The position numbers and the translations under genes are program-made. 64,000 nucleotides of DNA from Bacteroidales bacterium (GTDB lineage: Bacteria; Bacteroidota; Bacteroidia; Bacteroidales; 4484-276), in NCBI GenBank assembly GCA_036794825.1, contig DAIRGA010000009.1:1697-65696 (forward strand), in the 5' to 3' direction. How positions within the stretch are numbered: position 1 is the stretch's first letter; every line of letters begins with the position of its first letter. Of this stretch, positions 35,283 through 44,321 are shown piece by piece. Under the pieces are notes generated by a model that made no database searches, had not been told where the DNA came from, and saw only the letters and a list, made by a program, of their open reading frames with translations.

Positions 35283-35398
35283 AATTTCAGGGTTTGAAAT
35301 TTTTTCGAAATTTCTGCCAATAAAATGACTAATGCAAGGAATCAGGGATTTTTTTTAAAAAAAACTTGGGTCTGGCTTTCATGTCAAAATAATAAGCA

Positions 35399-35406
35399 TA
35401 AATTTG
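35399..35406 (+). promoter_or_regulatory. Bacteroidota-type -7 promoter box (TAAATTTG)
   Basis: Exact TAnnTTTG match 31 nt upstream of the ATG of the first TonB-dependent receptor (35437), in the 154-nt divergent intergenic region. Confidence 0.5.
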
Positions 35407-35436
35407 CTTATCTGATTTACCATTAACCTATTTTTT

Positions 35437-37638
35437 ATGAAAGCTATAATAATTACTTTCCGTTTAGTTCGGTTTGTTTTTCTTTTTGCGGCGATTTGGG
35501 GATCGCTCCAAACGACTAAATCCCAGGATATTCAGATCAGAACCGACACAATTACTTCCATTTCACTCGACGGTGTTGTAGTCACTGCCAACCGTTTCGA
35601 AAACAGGATCATCAGTTCCGGGGCCTCGGTGAGTGCAACCAGGGCAAGGGAGATTGAGAAACTGCCGGTGGTTGATTTTTCCAATACATTGAAATACCTG
35701 CCCGGGGTTTACAGCTCATCCACTGATGGACTGGGACTGGTTCCGCAGGTCAACATCAGAGGGTTTTATGGCGGGGGAGAATCGGAATATATGACCGTGA
35801 TGGTGGATGGATTACCGCTGAACGATCCTGAAAACGGGCTTGCAAGCTGGAACATGATGCCTTTGTTGAATATGAACTCTGTTGAGATTCTCAGAGGTGG
35901 TTCATCAGCACTTTACGGTGACGTGGCTATTGGCGGTGTGCTGAACCTGATATCGGACAAGGCAGACCAAAGTTTCACAAGCGCATTCATTGGATTTGGG
36001 ACTTTTAAAAGCTACAATCTGGGGATCAATCATGGCGGTAAATTCGGGAAAGGTTCGTACGAGCTTTACGCCAGCGACCAGGGAACGGCCGGATTCAGGG
36101 AAAACAGCCAATGGAGGTCAACCACTTTTGGAGGAAAGCTAAAGTTTGCACTGGGTAGAAATGGCACTCTCAGCATCAGGTCGGTTAACCAATTACTGAA
36201 GTATGACACACCTGGGCCTCTGGATACGATCAGCCTGGCCGACGATCGTGCATCATCTTCACCCTATTATCGGGAAGACGGTAAGGAATACGCCAAATAT
36301 ATGGTCAGTGCAGGTTACCGGCAAAAACTCAATAAAAAAACTGACCTCGATGCCACTTTGACCTATCAACGGAAGAACTCAGATGAAACCCGCACCTACG
36401 TAGAACCGGCGTTGATTCTCGATCCCTTTACGTACCAGCCAGTCGGGATTTATGATACTACCCTTTATGGTAATTCGATGAAAAGGGATATCAATACCAA
36501 TCAGGCAAATCTTGCACTCCGGATTTTCCATCAGGACACGGAGGCTGGTGCAAAAATTACCGGCGGGATTGAAGCAGATTACGGAAACCTCGACAACCAG
36601 GTAAATGAGATTTTCCGGGGATTTCAAAACGATTACCAGAACGAGTATGTGGCTGAAAATAAGCCAGAGTTTGATTCTGAAGGATTTCGCTTCAAAACGG
36701 CGCTCTACGCAAGTGGCGAAATAAGGATTTTTGATGAAATGAAATTGCTCGCAGGGCTGCGCTACGACTATATTTCGGATGCAATAAACAGCAACATCCC
36801 GATGGCTGATACTTCGATGGATAAAACCTACCGGGCCTTTAGCCCTAAAATCTCCTTGAACCTCAGCACAGGGGAAACTGAAAAGTATAAAGGGAGCATT
36901 TTCGGAGGATATAGTGGTGGTTTTAAGGCGCCGACCGTTGACCAGCGAACCGACCTTAAATCATTGTCCTATGTGGTATTTTTTCCGGCAGGCCCCACTT
37001 ATCAAATGGCAATCATTGATGGAATTCCATTTTCGAATGCAGATCTGAAACCCCAGTACAGCAAAAACTATGAGCTGGGTACTCACCAGTATTTCAGATT
37101 TTCGGAGAAATTTGCCGGAGAAATCAGTCTGATAGGCTATATCATTGATGTTGAGGATGAAATAGATTTCGATCTTAGCCAGATGAAATACACCAACCTG
37201 CTCAACACCCGCCATGCTGGTCTTGAGGTTTTTATCAATTTGAAATACAGGGAGAACTGGGGAGGTTTCATCAACTTCAACAGCACTCAGGTTAAGCTCA
37301 CGTCCGGCGAAAATGAAGGAAATTATGTGAAGGGAGTTCCCCGGCTGTCGCAGTCAATTGGTGTTTCCTATGCACCTGAAACTGGTTTTGGCGCCAGCCT
37401 TGTCCATCATGGCGCTTCAGGAATCCGGCTCGATGACGAAAATACCCAAACCCTTGACCCTTACGGCGTCTTCAGCGCCAGACTGGAATACCGCTACGAC
37501 TGGCTGACCATTTTTCTTGATATCGAAAATATATTTGACAATGGCTATATTTCAACCGGTTACATGGTTTATGGGGTCAAGCAACTCTACCCGGCAGCCG
37601 GGAGATTTCTTCGTGGAGGCTTACAAGTAAAAATTTGA
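35437..37638 (+). CDS. TonB-dependent receptor
   Basis: 733 aa with a signal peptide. Plug motifs are VVVTANRFE and IEILRGGSSALYGDVAIGGVLNLIS, followed by a beta-barrel-type alternating C-terminal region. Confidence 0.9.
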   Translation: MKAIIITFRLVRFVFLFAAIWGSLQTTKSQDIQIRTDTITSISLDGVVVTANRFENRIISSGASVSATRAREIEKLPVVDFSNTLKYLPGVYSSSTDGLGLVPQVNIRGFYGGGESEYMTVMVDGLPLNDPENGLASWNMMPLLNMNSVEILRGGSSALYGDVAIGGVLNLISDKADQSFTSAFIGFGTFKSYNLGINHGGKFGKGSYELYASDQGTAGFRENSQWRSTTFGGKLKFALGRNGTLSIRSVNQLLKYDTPGPLDTISLADDRASSSPYYREDGKEYAKYMVSAGYRQKLNKKTDLDATLTYQRKNSDETRTYVEPALILDPFTYQPVGIYDTTLYGNSMKRDINTNQANLALRIFHQDTEAGAKITGGIEADYGNLDNQVNEIFRGFQNDYQNEYVAENKPEFDSEGFRFKTALYASGEIRIFDEMKLLAGLRYDYISDAINSNIPMADTSMDKTYRAFSPKISLNLSTGETEKYKGSIFGGYSGGFKAPTVDQRTDLKSLSYVVFFPAGPTYQMAIIDGIPFSNADLKPQYSKNYELGTHQYFRFSEKFAGEISLIGYIIDVEDEIDFDLSQMKYTNLLNTRHAGLEVFINLKYRENWGGFINFNSTQVKLTSGENEGNYVKGVPRLSQSIGVSYAPETGFGASLVHHGASGIRLDDENTQTLDPYGVFSARLEYRYDWLTIFLDIENIFDNGYISTGYMVYGVKQLYPAAGRFLRGGLQVKI

Positions 37639-37651
37639 AAATCCTGATTTT

Positions 37652-39904
37652 ATGAAAACAGTCATTTTTTTGCTGTGGTTTTTTCTGTTAACTATTTTGT
37701 GCACAGCACAGCAAATTAGTGGAATTGTTGCCGATGCCAAGCACGACCGCCCACTCTCCAATGTCAATGTTTACCCGAAAAATGAAGCAGAAGGCGCAAG
37801 ATCAGACATTGATGGCTTTTTCCTGATCCGGTTATCAAGCCCAGGAACTTACACACTCCGGGCGTCGCTGGTTGGTTATTTGCCCTACGAAAAAAAACTC
37901 GAACTGGCTGCTGATGAGAATCTTACTCTCGAGATTTACCTTCAACCGGTCAATATCAAACTTGGAGATGAGGTTGTAATCACCGCACGCAGAGTTGAGT
38001 CAGCCGATTTTTCATCACCGGAAGCTATGACGGTTTTAAATCAGCAATACCTTGAAAATGAGATGGCAAGATCGGTTCCTGAGTCAATGTCAGGGGCTTC
38101 TGGAGTGTTTATTCAAAAAACAAATCACGGCGGAGGCTCGCCTTTTGTGCGCGGGCTTACCGGAAACCAGGTGCTACTGATGGTGGACGGGGTCAGGCTG
38201 AACAATGCGACTTTCAGATATGGCCCTAACCAATACCTGGCAACGGTTGATCCTTTCATGGTCAACCGGATCGAAATCGTCAGGGGTGGGGGGTCGGTTT
38301 CTCATGGCAGTGATGCTATTGGCGGTGTGGTTCAGGTTTTCTCCAAAAATCCCAGGTATAGTTCACGCGGATTAAAGGCCGGAGGAAATCTCTACGGAAA
38401 ATGGATGAGCGACGAAATGGAATATACCGGCCGCGCTGAAGTGGAAGTTTCAGACAAAAACATCGCATTTCTTGGAGGTTTCACTTACAGCGATTTTGGC
38501 GATTTAGTGGCAGGCGATGGACTTGGTAAAGAGAGTCCGACAGGGTATTCCGGAATTTCGGGTGATGGAAAACTCAAAATCAAAATCGGCCGGCAAAACG
38601 AATTGGTGATGGCTTATCAATATTCCAATCAAGAGGATGTTCCGAGGTACGATAAAATCATCACCGGTTATGAGAAATACCATTTTGATCCACAAAACAG
38701 GCAATTGGGATATTTGAGGTTTAACACCAAAAACAATAGCAGATGGTTTAAACAGATCACTTACACTGCTTCTTACGGTCTTTCGGACGAAACCAGATTG
38801 CTACAAAAAGAGGGTTCTTCGAAATTGACTACCGAAGAGGATGTGGTTGATACCTGGGGAGGTAACGTGGAAATACTCTCCAAACCTGGTGATCGCTGGT
38901 CATTCAATTCTGGTGTTGATTTCTATTATGACCGCGTGGGCAGTTCAAAAACCGAAAGTCAGAATGGAGTTGAAACCGAAAAGAGGGGTTATTATCCCGA
39001 TGGCTCCACATCTTCTTCTTTTGCTTTTTTTACTTCACATTCCTATAGTTTGAAAAAGTTTATTTTTTCGGTGGGAGCAAGGATAAATGCTTATAAGATT
39101 AAAGTTGAAGACCCGGTTTTCGGAGATGTGGATAACTCACCGGTGGCACTTGTGGGAAATGGATCGGTGGTTTATAAATTGACTGAAAATCACCACATTA
39201 TCGGTTCGGTTTACTCAGCCTTCAGAGCGCCTAACATCAACGACCTGAGTAGTTTTGGGTCGTTCAACTACGGAATTGAAGTTCCAAATCCCGAACTTGA
39301 CCCGGAAAAATCACTAACCACTGAAATTGGCCTGAAAAGCCGCTGGGAAAAATTTTCAGGCTCTCTTTTCCTTTACCAGACCAACCTGAAAGATATGATT
39401 GAGCGCATGAAAGACACCTACGACGGTCAGGACTCCATTGACGGTGAAAAGGTTTACACAAAAACCAATTTTGCCAAAGCAGTAGTTCAAGGTATCGAGC
39501 TTAACCTCCGTTACGAATTCACTCCCAATTGGATTGCCAATGGGAATCTGACTTATACCTATGGACAAAACCAAACACTCAATGAACCTATGACCCGCAT
39601 ACCGCCACTCAATGGACGACTGGGAATTGAGTTCAACGACCCATCGGGATTTTGGGCAAACCTCGATTTCCTGGCTGCTGCAAAGCAGGACAGGCTTTCA
39701 TCCGCAGATGAAAACGACACCCGAATTCCGGAAGGCGGAACCCCCGGTTGGGAACTTTTCAACCTAAAGATGGGCTACCAATGGAAGTTTGTTACGCTCA
39801 CTGCCGGGTTGTTCAACATCTTTAATGAAGCATACCGCACGCATGGCTCCGGGGTGGATGGCTATGGAAGAAGTGTTTGGGCAGGAGTGAAGATCAGTTT
39901 TTAA
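37652..39904 (+). CDS. TonB-dependent receptor with an N-terminal CarboxypepD_reg-like domain
   Basis: 750 aa. ISGIVADAKHDRPLSNVNVYP...GYLPYEKK is followed by plug motifs (VVITARR, IEIVRGGGSVSHGSDAIGGVVQVFS, NNATFRYGPNQY). FRAPN and NPELDPE boxes are present and the protein ends in a terminal aromatic (VKISF). It starts 13 nt after the previous TBDT, so the two are probably co-transcribed. Confidence 0.9.
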   Translation: MKTVIFLLWFFLLTILCTAQQISGIVADAKHDRPLSNVNVYPKNEAEGARSDIDGFFLIRLSSPGTYTLRASLVGYLPYEKKLELAADENLTLEIYLQPVNIKLGDEVVITARRVESADFSSPEAMTVLNQQYLENEMARSVPESMSGASGVFIQKTNHGGGSPFVRGLTGNQVLLMVDGVRLNNATFRYGPNQYLATVDPFMVNRIEIVRGGGSVSHGSDAIGGVVQVFSKNPRYSSRGLKAGGNLYGKWMSDEMEYTGRAEVEVSDKNIAFLGGFTYSDFGDLVAGDGLGKESPTGYSGISGDGKLKIKIGRQNELVMAYQYSNQEDVPRYDKIITGYEKYHFDPQNRQLGYLRFNTKNNSRWFKQITYTASYGLSDETRLLQKEGSSKLTTEEDVVDTWGGNVEILSKPGDRWSFNSGVDFYYDRVGSSKTESQNGVETEKRGYYPDGSTSSSFAFFTSHSYSLKKFIFSVGARINAYKIKVEDPVFGDVDNSPVALVGNGSVVYKLTENHHIIGSVYSAFRAPNINDLSSFGSFNYGIEVPNPELDPEKSLTTEIGLKSRWEKFSGSLFLYQTNLKDMIERMKDTYDGQDSIDGEKVYTKTNFAKAVVQGIELNLRYEFTPNWIANGNLTYTYGQNQTLNEPMTRIPPLNGRLGIEFNDPSGFWANLDFLAAAKQDRLSSADENDTRIPEGGTPGWELFNLKMGYQWKFVTLTAGLFNIFNEAYRTHGSGVDGYGRSVWAGVKISF

Positions 39905-40037
39905 TATTTTCAATGACTGAGCGTCAACTGTATTGCTCTACAATCAGAACCAGTGTAAATTACCGCTTTCTTTCACACAAGAAATCACTTTTTATCCCAG
40001 GTGGAATTGACCTTTTAATTTTTCAAAATGCTGGTTA

Positions 40038-41168
40038 TCAGACAATTGATAACAAATATCCAAGTATTGATCCTCCAAGTACGATAAATGCGCTGTTGAT
40101 TTTTTTGTACCCGAATGCCACAGCAATACTCAGAACTGAAATCAGGATTGTCCGCCAGTCAGTAATCGCCTCTTTACCCATCACAAAGCAAACCGCAACA
40201 ATAATAGCAACTGAAGCCACATTAACTGCATCCAGAAATGCCGAAAAAAGTCTGGAATTTCTCATCTTTTTCATCAGCGGTTTCAGCAAGGCAACAAATG
40301 CAAACGAAGGCAGAAAAATTCCAAGTGTCGAAACGATGGCGCCGCTCAGGCCATTAATCTGATAACCGATGAATGTTACCGCCGATAAGACAGGACCTGG
40401 TGTAAACTGCCCGACAGCTATGGCATCAATGAGTTGAGTTCTTGTAAGCCAACCGGTGGATACAAGTTCAGCATCAAGAAAAGCAAACAGCACGTAGCCA
40501 CTGCCGTAAAGAATGGCGCCGATTTTCAAAAATATCAAAAACAGACTGGTATTGGTTGCTGAAAGCAGCGTAGTTCCAGTTATCGGCAAAATCGCAAATG
40601 GGAAAAATGAGTGGGTTTTAGTGAGTCTGTTGTTACGGATGGCAGCCAGAAGCATGGCAAGGAAACCAGCCCCAAACATCAGGTAAATTTCGTTGAAATT
40701 AAGGAGCGAGCCTGTTAAAACCACAACCCCGATAATTACCAGTTCCACCGATTTCAATGATTTTTTGGCTAAAGGGAAAATTGCTCCCAGAATAATTGCT
40801 ATGATTGAAGGTTTTATACCGTAAACAAAAGGTTGAACATCAGGCAATTGTCCGTATTCCTTGTATAGCCATGCAAAAATTCCGGTGATGATTACTGCCG
40901 GCATAATAAAACAAAGTCCGGCAACGATCAACCCTTTCCAGCCTGCTTTTTCCTGCCCGATATGGATGGCCATTTCGGTGCTGTTTGGACCGGGAATCAG
41001 GTTAACTGCTCCTACCAGATCAAGAAAATGTTGCCCTGACATCCAGTTTCTTTTTCGAACGACCTCTTCCTGCATCATGGCAATATGGGCTGCAGGGCCG
41101 CCAAAGCCGATTATTCCGAGTTTCAGAAAAAACTTGGCCAACTCTTTGAGGTCGTGGTTATTTGTCAT
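40038..41168 (-). CDS. chrA: Chromate transporter (CHR family, two-domain long form)
   Basis: FLKLGIIGFGGPAAHIAMMQEEVV..RNWMS...FLDLVGAVNLIPGPNSTEMA, and a second half with GQFTPGPVLSAVTFIGY. Confidence 0.9.
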   Translation of the reverse strand: MTNNHDLKELAKFFLKLGIIGFGGPAAHIAMMQEEVVRKRNWMSGQHFLDLVGAVNLIPGPNSTEMAIHIGQEKAGWKGLIVAGLCFIMPAVIITGIFAWLYKEYGQLPDVQPFVYGIKPSIIAIILGAIFPLAKKSLKSVELVIIGVVVLTGSLLNFNEIYLMFGAGFLAMLLAAIRNNRLTKTHSFFPFAILPITGTTLLSATNTSLFLIFLKIGAILYGSGYVLFAFLDAELVSTGWLTRTQLIDAIAVGQFTPGPVLSAVTFIGYQINGLSGAIVSTLGIFLPSFAFVALLKPLMKKMRNSRLFSAFLDAVNVASVAIIVAVCFVMGKEAITDWRTILISVLSIAVAFGYKKINSAFIVLGGSILGYLLSIV

Positions 41169-41318
41169 TTTGTGTGGCTTTTTAAAGCATTGAAGTTTTT
41201 CCTGACGTTTAGATGATCTTTCTCTTGTTTCAAGAGATTTTGTTAGCTATAATGCTCTGATTTTCTTCCTGGTGTTCATTTATAGACTGGTCGTTAGTTT
41301 GAGAAGTTTCATAATCAT

Positions 41319-43055
41319 TTACCTCACCAGACTCGCCTCATACACAGCTTCATTGCCACTCGTATCGGTTACAGTCAGCCTAAGTTGATTTTTCCCTTTT
41401 TTAGTCCGCTCATCAATTTTGTACTCCAGCAGGTTGTTTTTGGGATCCCATTCCATCAGTATCCACTCTCCGTTCATAGTGGCACGGTAAGTCTCGATGC
41501 CAGCAAGGTTGTCGTTTATATTAAACCTTATGGTTGATTGCCCGGAGATATTTTTCCCGTTCTGAACATTTACAGGGGTAATTATTGGTGGTTTTGTGTC
41601 GGCTACAACCGTGTAATTGCCAAATTCCCTGATTTTTACCGATAGAAAGTCATCATCCCACTTTCCTCCTGCAGCAGTGAATTTCCCTGAAGCCTGATCA
41701 ACTTTGACAATCAGGAGCTTATCGCGTTTTTCAGGTGGAAAGTCCTGCGGTTTAATAGATAGATTACAGCTTTTCAATATTGGAGTGTACTGATTATGAA
41801 CGTTGTAAACCGGGGAGTATCCACCTGAGATCGGCTTGCCGGCTGAGTACTTAAAATGAATGGTATCAAAAAGCGCTTCATCCGGAATTTCGAGGATAAA
41901 ACCCTCTCTTTCAAAGGTGCTTGTTCTGTCCCAGCGCATTAGCACAACACCTTCAGGCAAAGTTGCACCCTGAGCAGATTGGGATTCATCACTTTGTCCG
42001 CCTTTAATGTGGAATGTTAAAACCGATTCGTTGCCCTCAACATCGCCCACAACGTATTGTAGTCTGTAAATCCGCGATTCTAAGAAATTATAAATCCCAT
42101 TGTATTTCACTTTCTCGTAAATCGAAAGCTGGTTGTTGGGCATAACGATGGTGCGCTGGATTCTTTTTTTGTTTTTGACAAGGTAAGCATAATCAATTAG
42201 GGCAAGCATCTGGCGGGTTTCATCAAACGAAAATCTGTCCATTCGGTGGCTGTAAACCAAAACTGAGTCAATCAAAAGCTTCACCGAATAGACACCGTTG
42301 TTCATCTGTGAATCGTTGTGCCGGTCGAAGGCTTCGATTCCAAAGTAAATACTACCGCTAACTGAGATTGTGTCGTTTCCGGGCTTAGGGCGATACACAG
42401 GTCCCCATCCGGCGAGTTCTATTTCCCGGTAACGGGTTTTTCCACTCACCCTGCTGCCCTGTCCATGAGGATAGATCAGCAGTCGCTGAATCTGCGGCCG
42501 TGTGAAATCCTTCACTTTAAACCCAAAAAACAATGGGTTGATGGGAATTTCATCGTCAGTATCCCTGATTTCGAAATGAATATGCGGCCCGCCTGAAGAA
42601 CCTGAATTACCGGACTTTGCAATTACCTGACCCTGTTTTACTTCGAATTCTTTGTCTAACAGCTTAATATCGAGGGCAAAAGACTCCCGACGATATTGCT
42701 CATTTTTAACGAACTCATTCACAGCTGGATAGAAACTCTGAAGGTGGGCATAAGCCGAAGTGTAACCGTTAGGGTGATCTATGTAAATGGCTTTTCCATA
42801 CCCAAATGGTGAAACAACAATCCTTGAGACGTACCCATCGGCAATAGCCTTAACAGGCTTACCTTCAACACCCTGCGTGCGGATGTCAATGCCAGAATGC
42901 AGGTGGCCGGTTCGAAGTTCGCCGAAAGTTCCCGACAACGAAATCGGAAAGTCAACCGGTGAAATAAAATCATCTTTCGGGTACTTTTCCTGGCCGCTCA
43001 GCAGGGTTGTTATCAGAAAAAGAAAATAAATCAGGTGTTTAAGGAAAAATCGCAT
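41319..43055 (-). CDS. M23-family metallopeptidase (exported)
   Basis: HxxxD and HxH motifs are present (LRTGHLHSGIDIRT, GNSGSSGGPHIHFEIRD). I prefer the ATG at 43055 (MRFFLKHLIYFLFLITTLLSGQ signal). The ORF-track start at 43076 is a GTG that would overlap the upstream HAD gene. Confidence 0.9.
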   Translation of the reverse strand: MRFFLKHLIYFLFLITTLLSGQEKYPKDDFISPVDFPISLSGTFGELRTGHLHSGIDIRTQGVEGKPVKAIADGYVSRIVVSPFGYGKAIYIDHPNGYTSAYAHLQSFYPAVNEFVKNEQYRRESFALDIKLLDKEFEVKQGQVIAKSGNSGSSGGPHIHFEIRDTDDEIPINPLFFGFKVKDFTRPQIQRLLIYPHGQGSRVSGKTRYREIELAGWGPVYRPKPGNDTISVSGSIYFGIEAFDRHNDSQMNNGVYSVKLLIDSVLVYSHRMDRFSFDETRQMLALIDYAYLVKNKKRIQRTIVMPNNQLSIYEKVKYNGIYNFLESRIYRLQYVVGDVEGNESVLTFHIKGGQSDESQSAQGATLPEGVVLMRWDRTSTFEREGFILEIPDEALFDTIHFKYSAGKPISGGYSPVYNVHNQYTPILKSCNLSIKPQDFPPEKRDKLLIVKVDQASGKFTAAGGKWDDDFLSVKIREFGNYTVVADTKPPIITPVNVQNGKNISGQSTIRFNINDNLAGIETYRATMNGEWILMEWDPKNNLLEYKIDERTKKGKNQLRLTVTDTSGNEAVYEASLVR

Positions 43056-43059
43056 GAAA

Positions 43060-43557
43060 TTAAAATGGAATAACACAGATTAAATTTTTCATATCGAAGA
43101 TGATTTCGTCGGCTGCGGGATACTCACCCACAATCATGTTTTCATTGAAGAGAATGGTTTGTAGTCCTGACTCTTTAGCGCCAACAATGTCTTTATCGTA
43201 AAGATTGCCAATCATCACGCACATTTCGGGAGTAGTGCTGATCATATCAACAATTGCGCTGAAAAACCGTGGATCAGGTTTTTTATAACCCAACTCCTGG
43301 GATGAAAAGAAATGATGAAAGTACCGGTCAGCGCCAACACGTTTGAGGGCTGCAATCATCTCCTTCGTTCCTGAATGGTCGGCGCTTGTGGCTATCACGC
43401 ATGTGAAGATCTTCGAAAGCAATTGCAGCGACTCTTCAGCACCGGGAATCCACTCCACTCTATCCCAATCCTTCATAGGACCAGGCAGGTTGAAGTCGCG
43501 CATGATGGTATCGCCCCAGTCGAAAATCAGCGTAGTTATTGGTTTTTGGACAAGCAT
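43060..43557 (-). CDS. HAD-superfamily hydrolase (probable)
   Basis: 165 aa. The N-terminal LIFDWGDTIM is a motif I variant, SADHS resembles motif II, and K...IGNLYDKDIVGAKESG resembles motifs III/IV. Confidence 0.65.
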   Translation of the reverse strand: MLVQKPITTLIFDWGDTIMRDFNLPGPMKDWDRVEWIPGAEESLQLLSKIFTCVIATSADHSGTKEMIAALKRVGADRYFHHFFSSQELGYKKPDPRFFSAIVDMISTTPEMCVMIGNLYDKDIVGAKESGLQTILFNENMIVGEYPAADEIIFDMKNLICVIPF

Positions 43558-43684
43558 CCACTTAATTATTTTAACAGGATTTTATTCAGAAAACCGGAGA
43601 TTAATATACCCGGATTTGTACCTTTCAATCTATATACTGAAAATGAATACATTATCTTCCTGGACAATTTGTTTTAATGAAAAA

Positions 43685-44032
43685 TTAATCGAGGTCAAGG
43701 ATGATTTTTAAATTCCTGCTCACTTCTCCAATCAGGTTCTCTGGCAGCGTTCCCACTTTATTAATCAATCTGGCGTTGTCAATAGCCCGGATCTGGTCAA
43801 TCATCACATCGCAATCCTCTGCTACATTGGCTTTGCCTTTTTCCAGATGAACCCTCAGTAATTTCGACTCAGTTTTGATATTGGTTGTGATCGGGCAGAT
43901 GATTGCTGATGTGTGAGGAATTTTGTTCAGAAGATCGGTCTGAATCACAAGTACCGGCCTGATTTTCCCGGGTTCGGTACCAAATTGCGGATTCAGATCA
44001 GCTATCCAGATTTCAAATTGCTTACTCCTCAT
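43685..44032 (-). CDS. mazF: Type II toxin-antitoxin system toxin, PemK/MazF family
   Basis: IWIADLNPQFGTEPGKIRPVLVIQTD....SAIICPITTN is the canonical MazF/PemK core. I use the ATG at 44032 (the track start at 44047 is a TTG). It overlaps the antitoxin stop by 11 nt. Confidence 0.85.
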   Translation of the reverse strand: MRSKQFEIWIADLNPQFGTEPGKIRPVLVIQTDLLNKIPHTSAIICPITTNIKTESKLLRVHLEKGKANVAEDCDVMIDQIRAIDNARLINKVGTLPENLIGEVSRNLKIILDLD

Positions 44033-44252
44033 GTTCAATTGCTTCAAATTCCTTTAAAACCTGCATTGACTCTTCACGTACCAAAAACGATTCTTTCCTT
44101 AGCTGCGCTTCAAGCATCTTTCTTTTCTGAATGGCGTTGTAATAATCTATTGCCTCGTTGATGTATCTGTTCCTGGGTTTGTTGATGATAGATAACAACT
44201 GCTCGGTTTCAGAAAAGATAGCATCATCAATTTTTAAAGAGATTGTTCTCAT
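44022..44252 (-). CDS. Antitoxin, ribbon-helix-helix-like (MazE-position gene)
   Basis: 76 aa with an ATG start. It begins with a beta-strand-like segment (RTISLKIDDAIF) followed by two helices (EQLLSII..PRNRYINEAIDYYN). It sits immediately upstream of, and overlaps, the MazF-family gene. Confidence 0.7.
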   Translation of the reverse strand: MRTISLKIDDAIFSETEQLLSIINKPRNRYINEAIDYYNAIQKRKMLEAQLRKESFLVREESMQVLKEFEAIEHEE

Positions 44253-44273
44253 ATTGTGACTCTAAATGAAGCA

Positions 44274-44281
44274 CAAAGGTA
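44274..44281 (-). promoter_or_regulatory. -7 promoter box (TACCTTTG on minus) overlapping a near-palindrome; candidate autoregulated TA promoter/operator
   Basis: Plus strand reads caaaggta, 22 nt upstream of the antitoxin ATG. The adjacent aaaggtatatactttt (44275-44290) is palindromic in 7 of 8 pairs around GTATATAC, and gtatat recurs at 44292-44297. Confidence 0.45.
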
Positions 44282-44321
44282 TATACTTTTTGTATATCCT
44301 GTGGAGAATGAATTGATTTCT

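Noticed and set aside
35283-35436. I looked for a cobalamin or other riboswitch upstream of the TonB-dependent receptor pair.
   Set aside because: The region is only 154 nt and very AT-rich. It lacks a B12-box-like GCCACTG element or conserved stem structure, and the -7 box leaves a leader of only ~25 nt.
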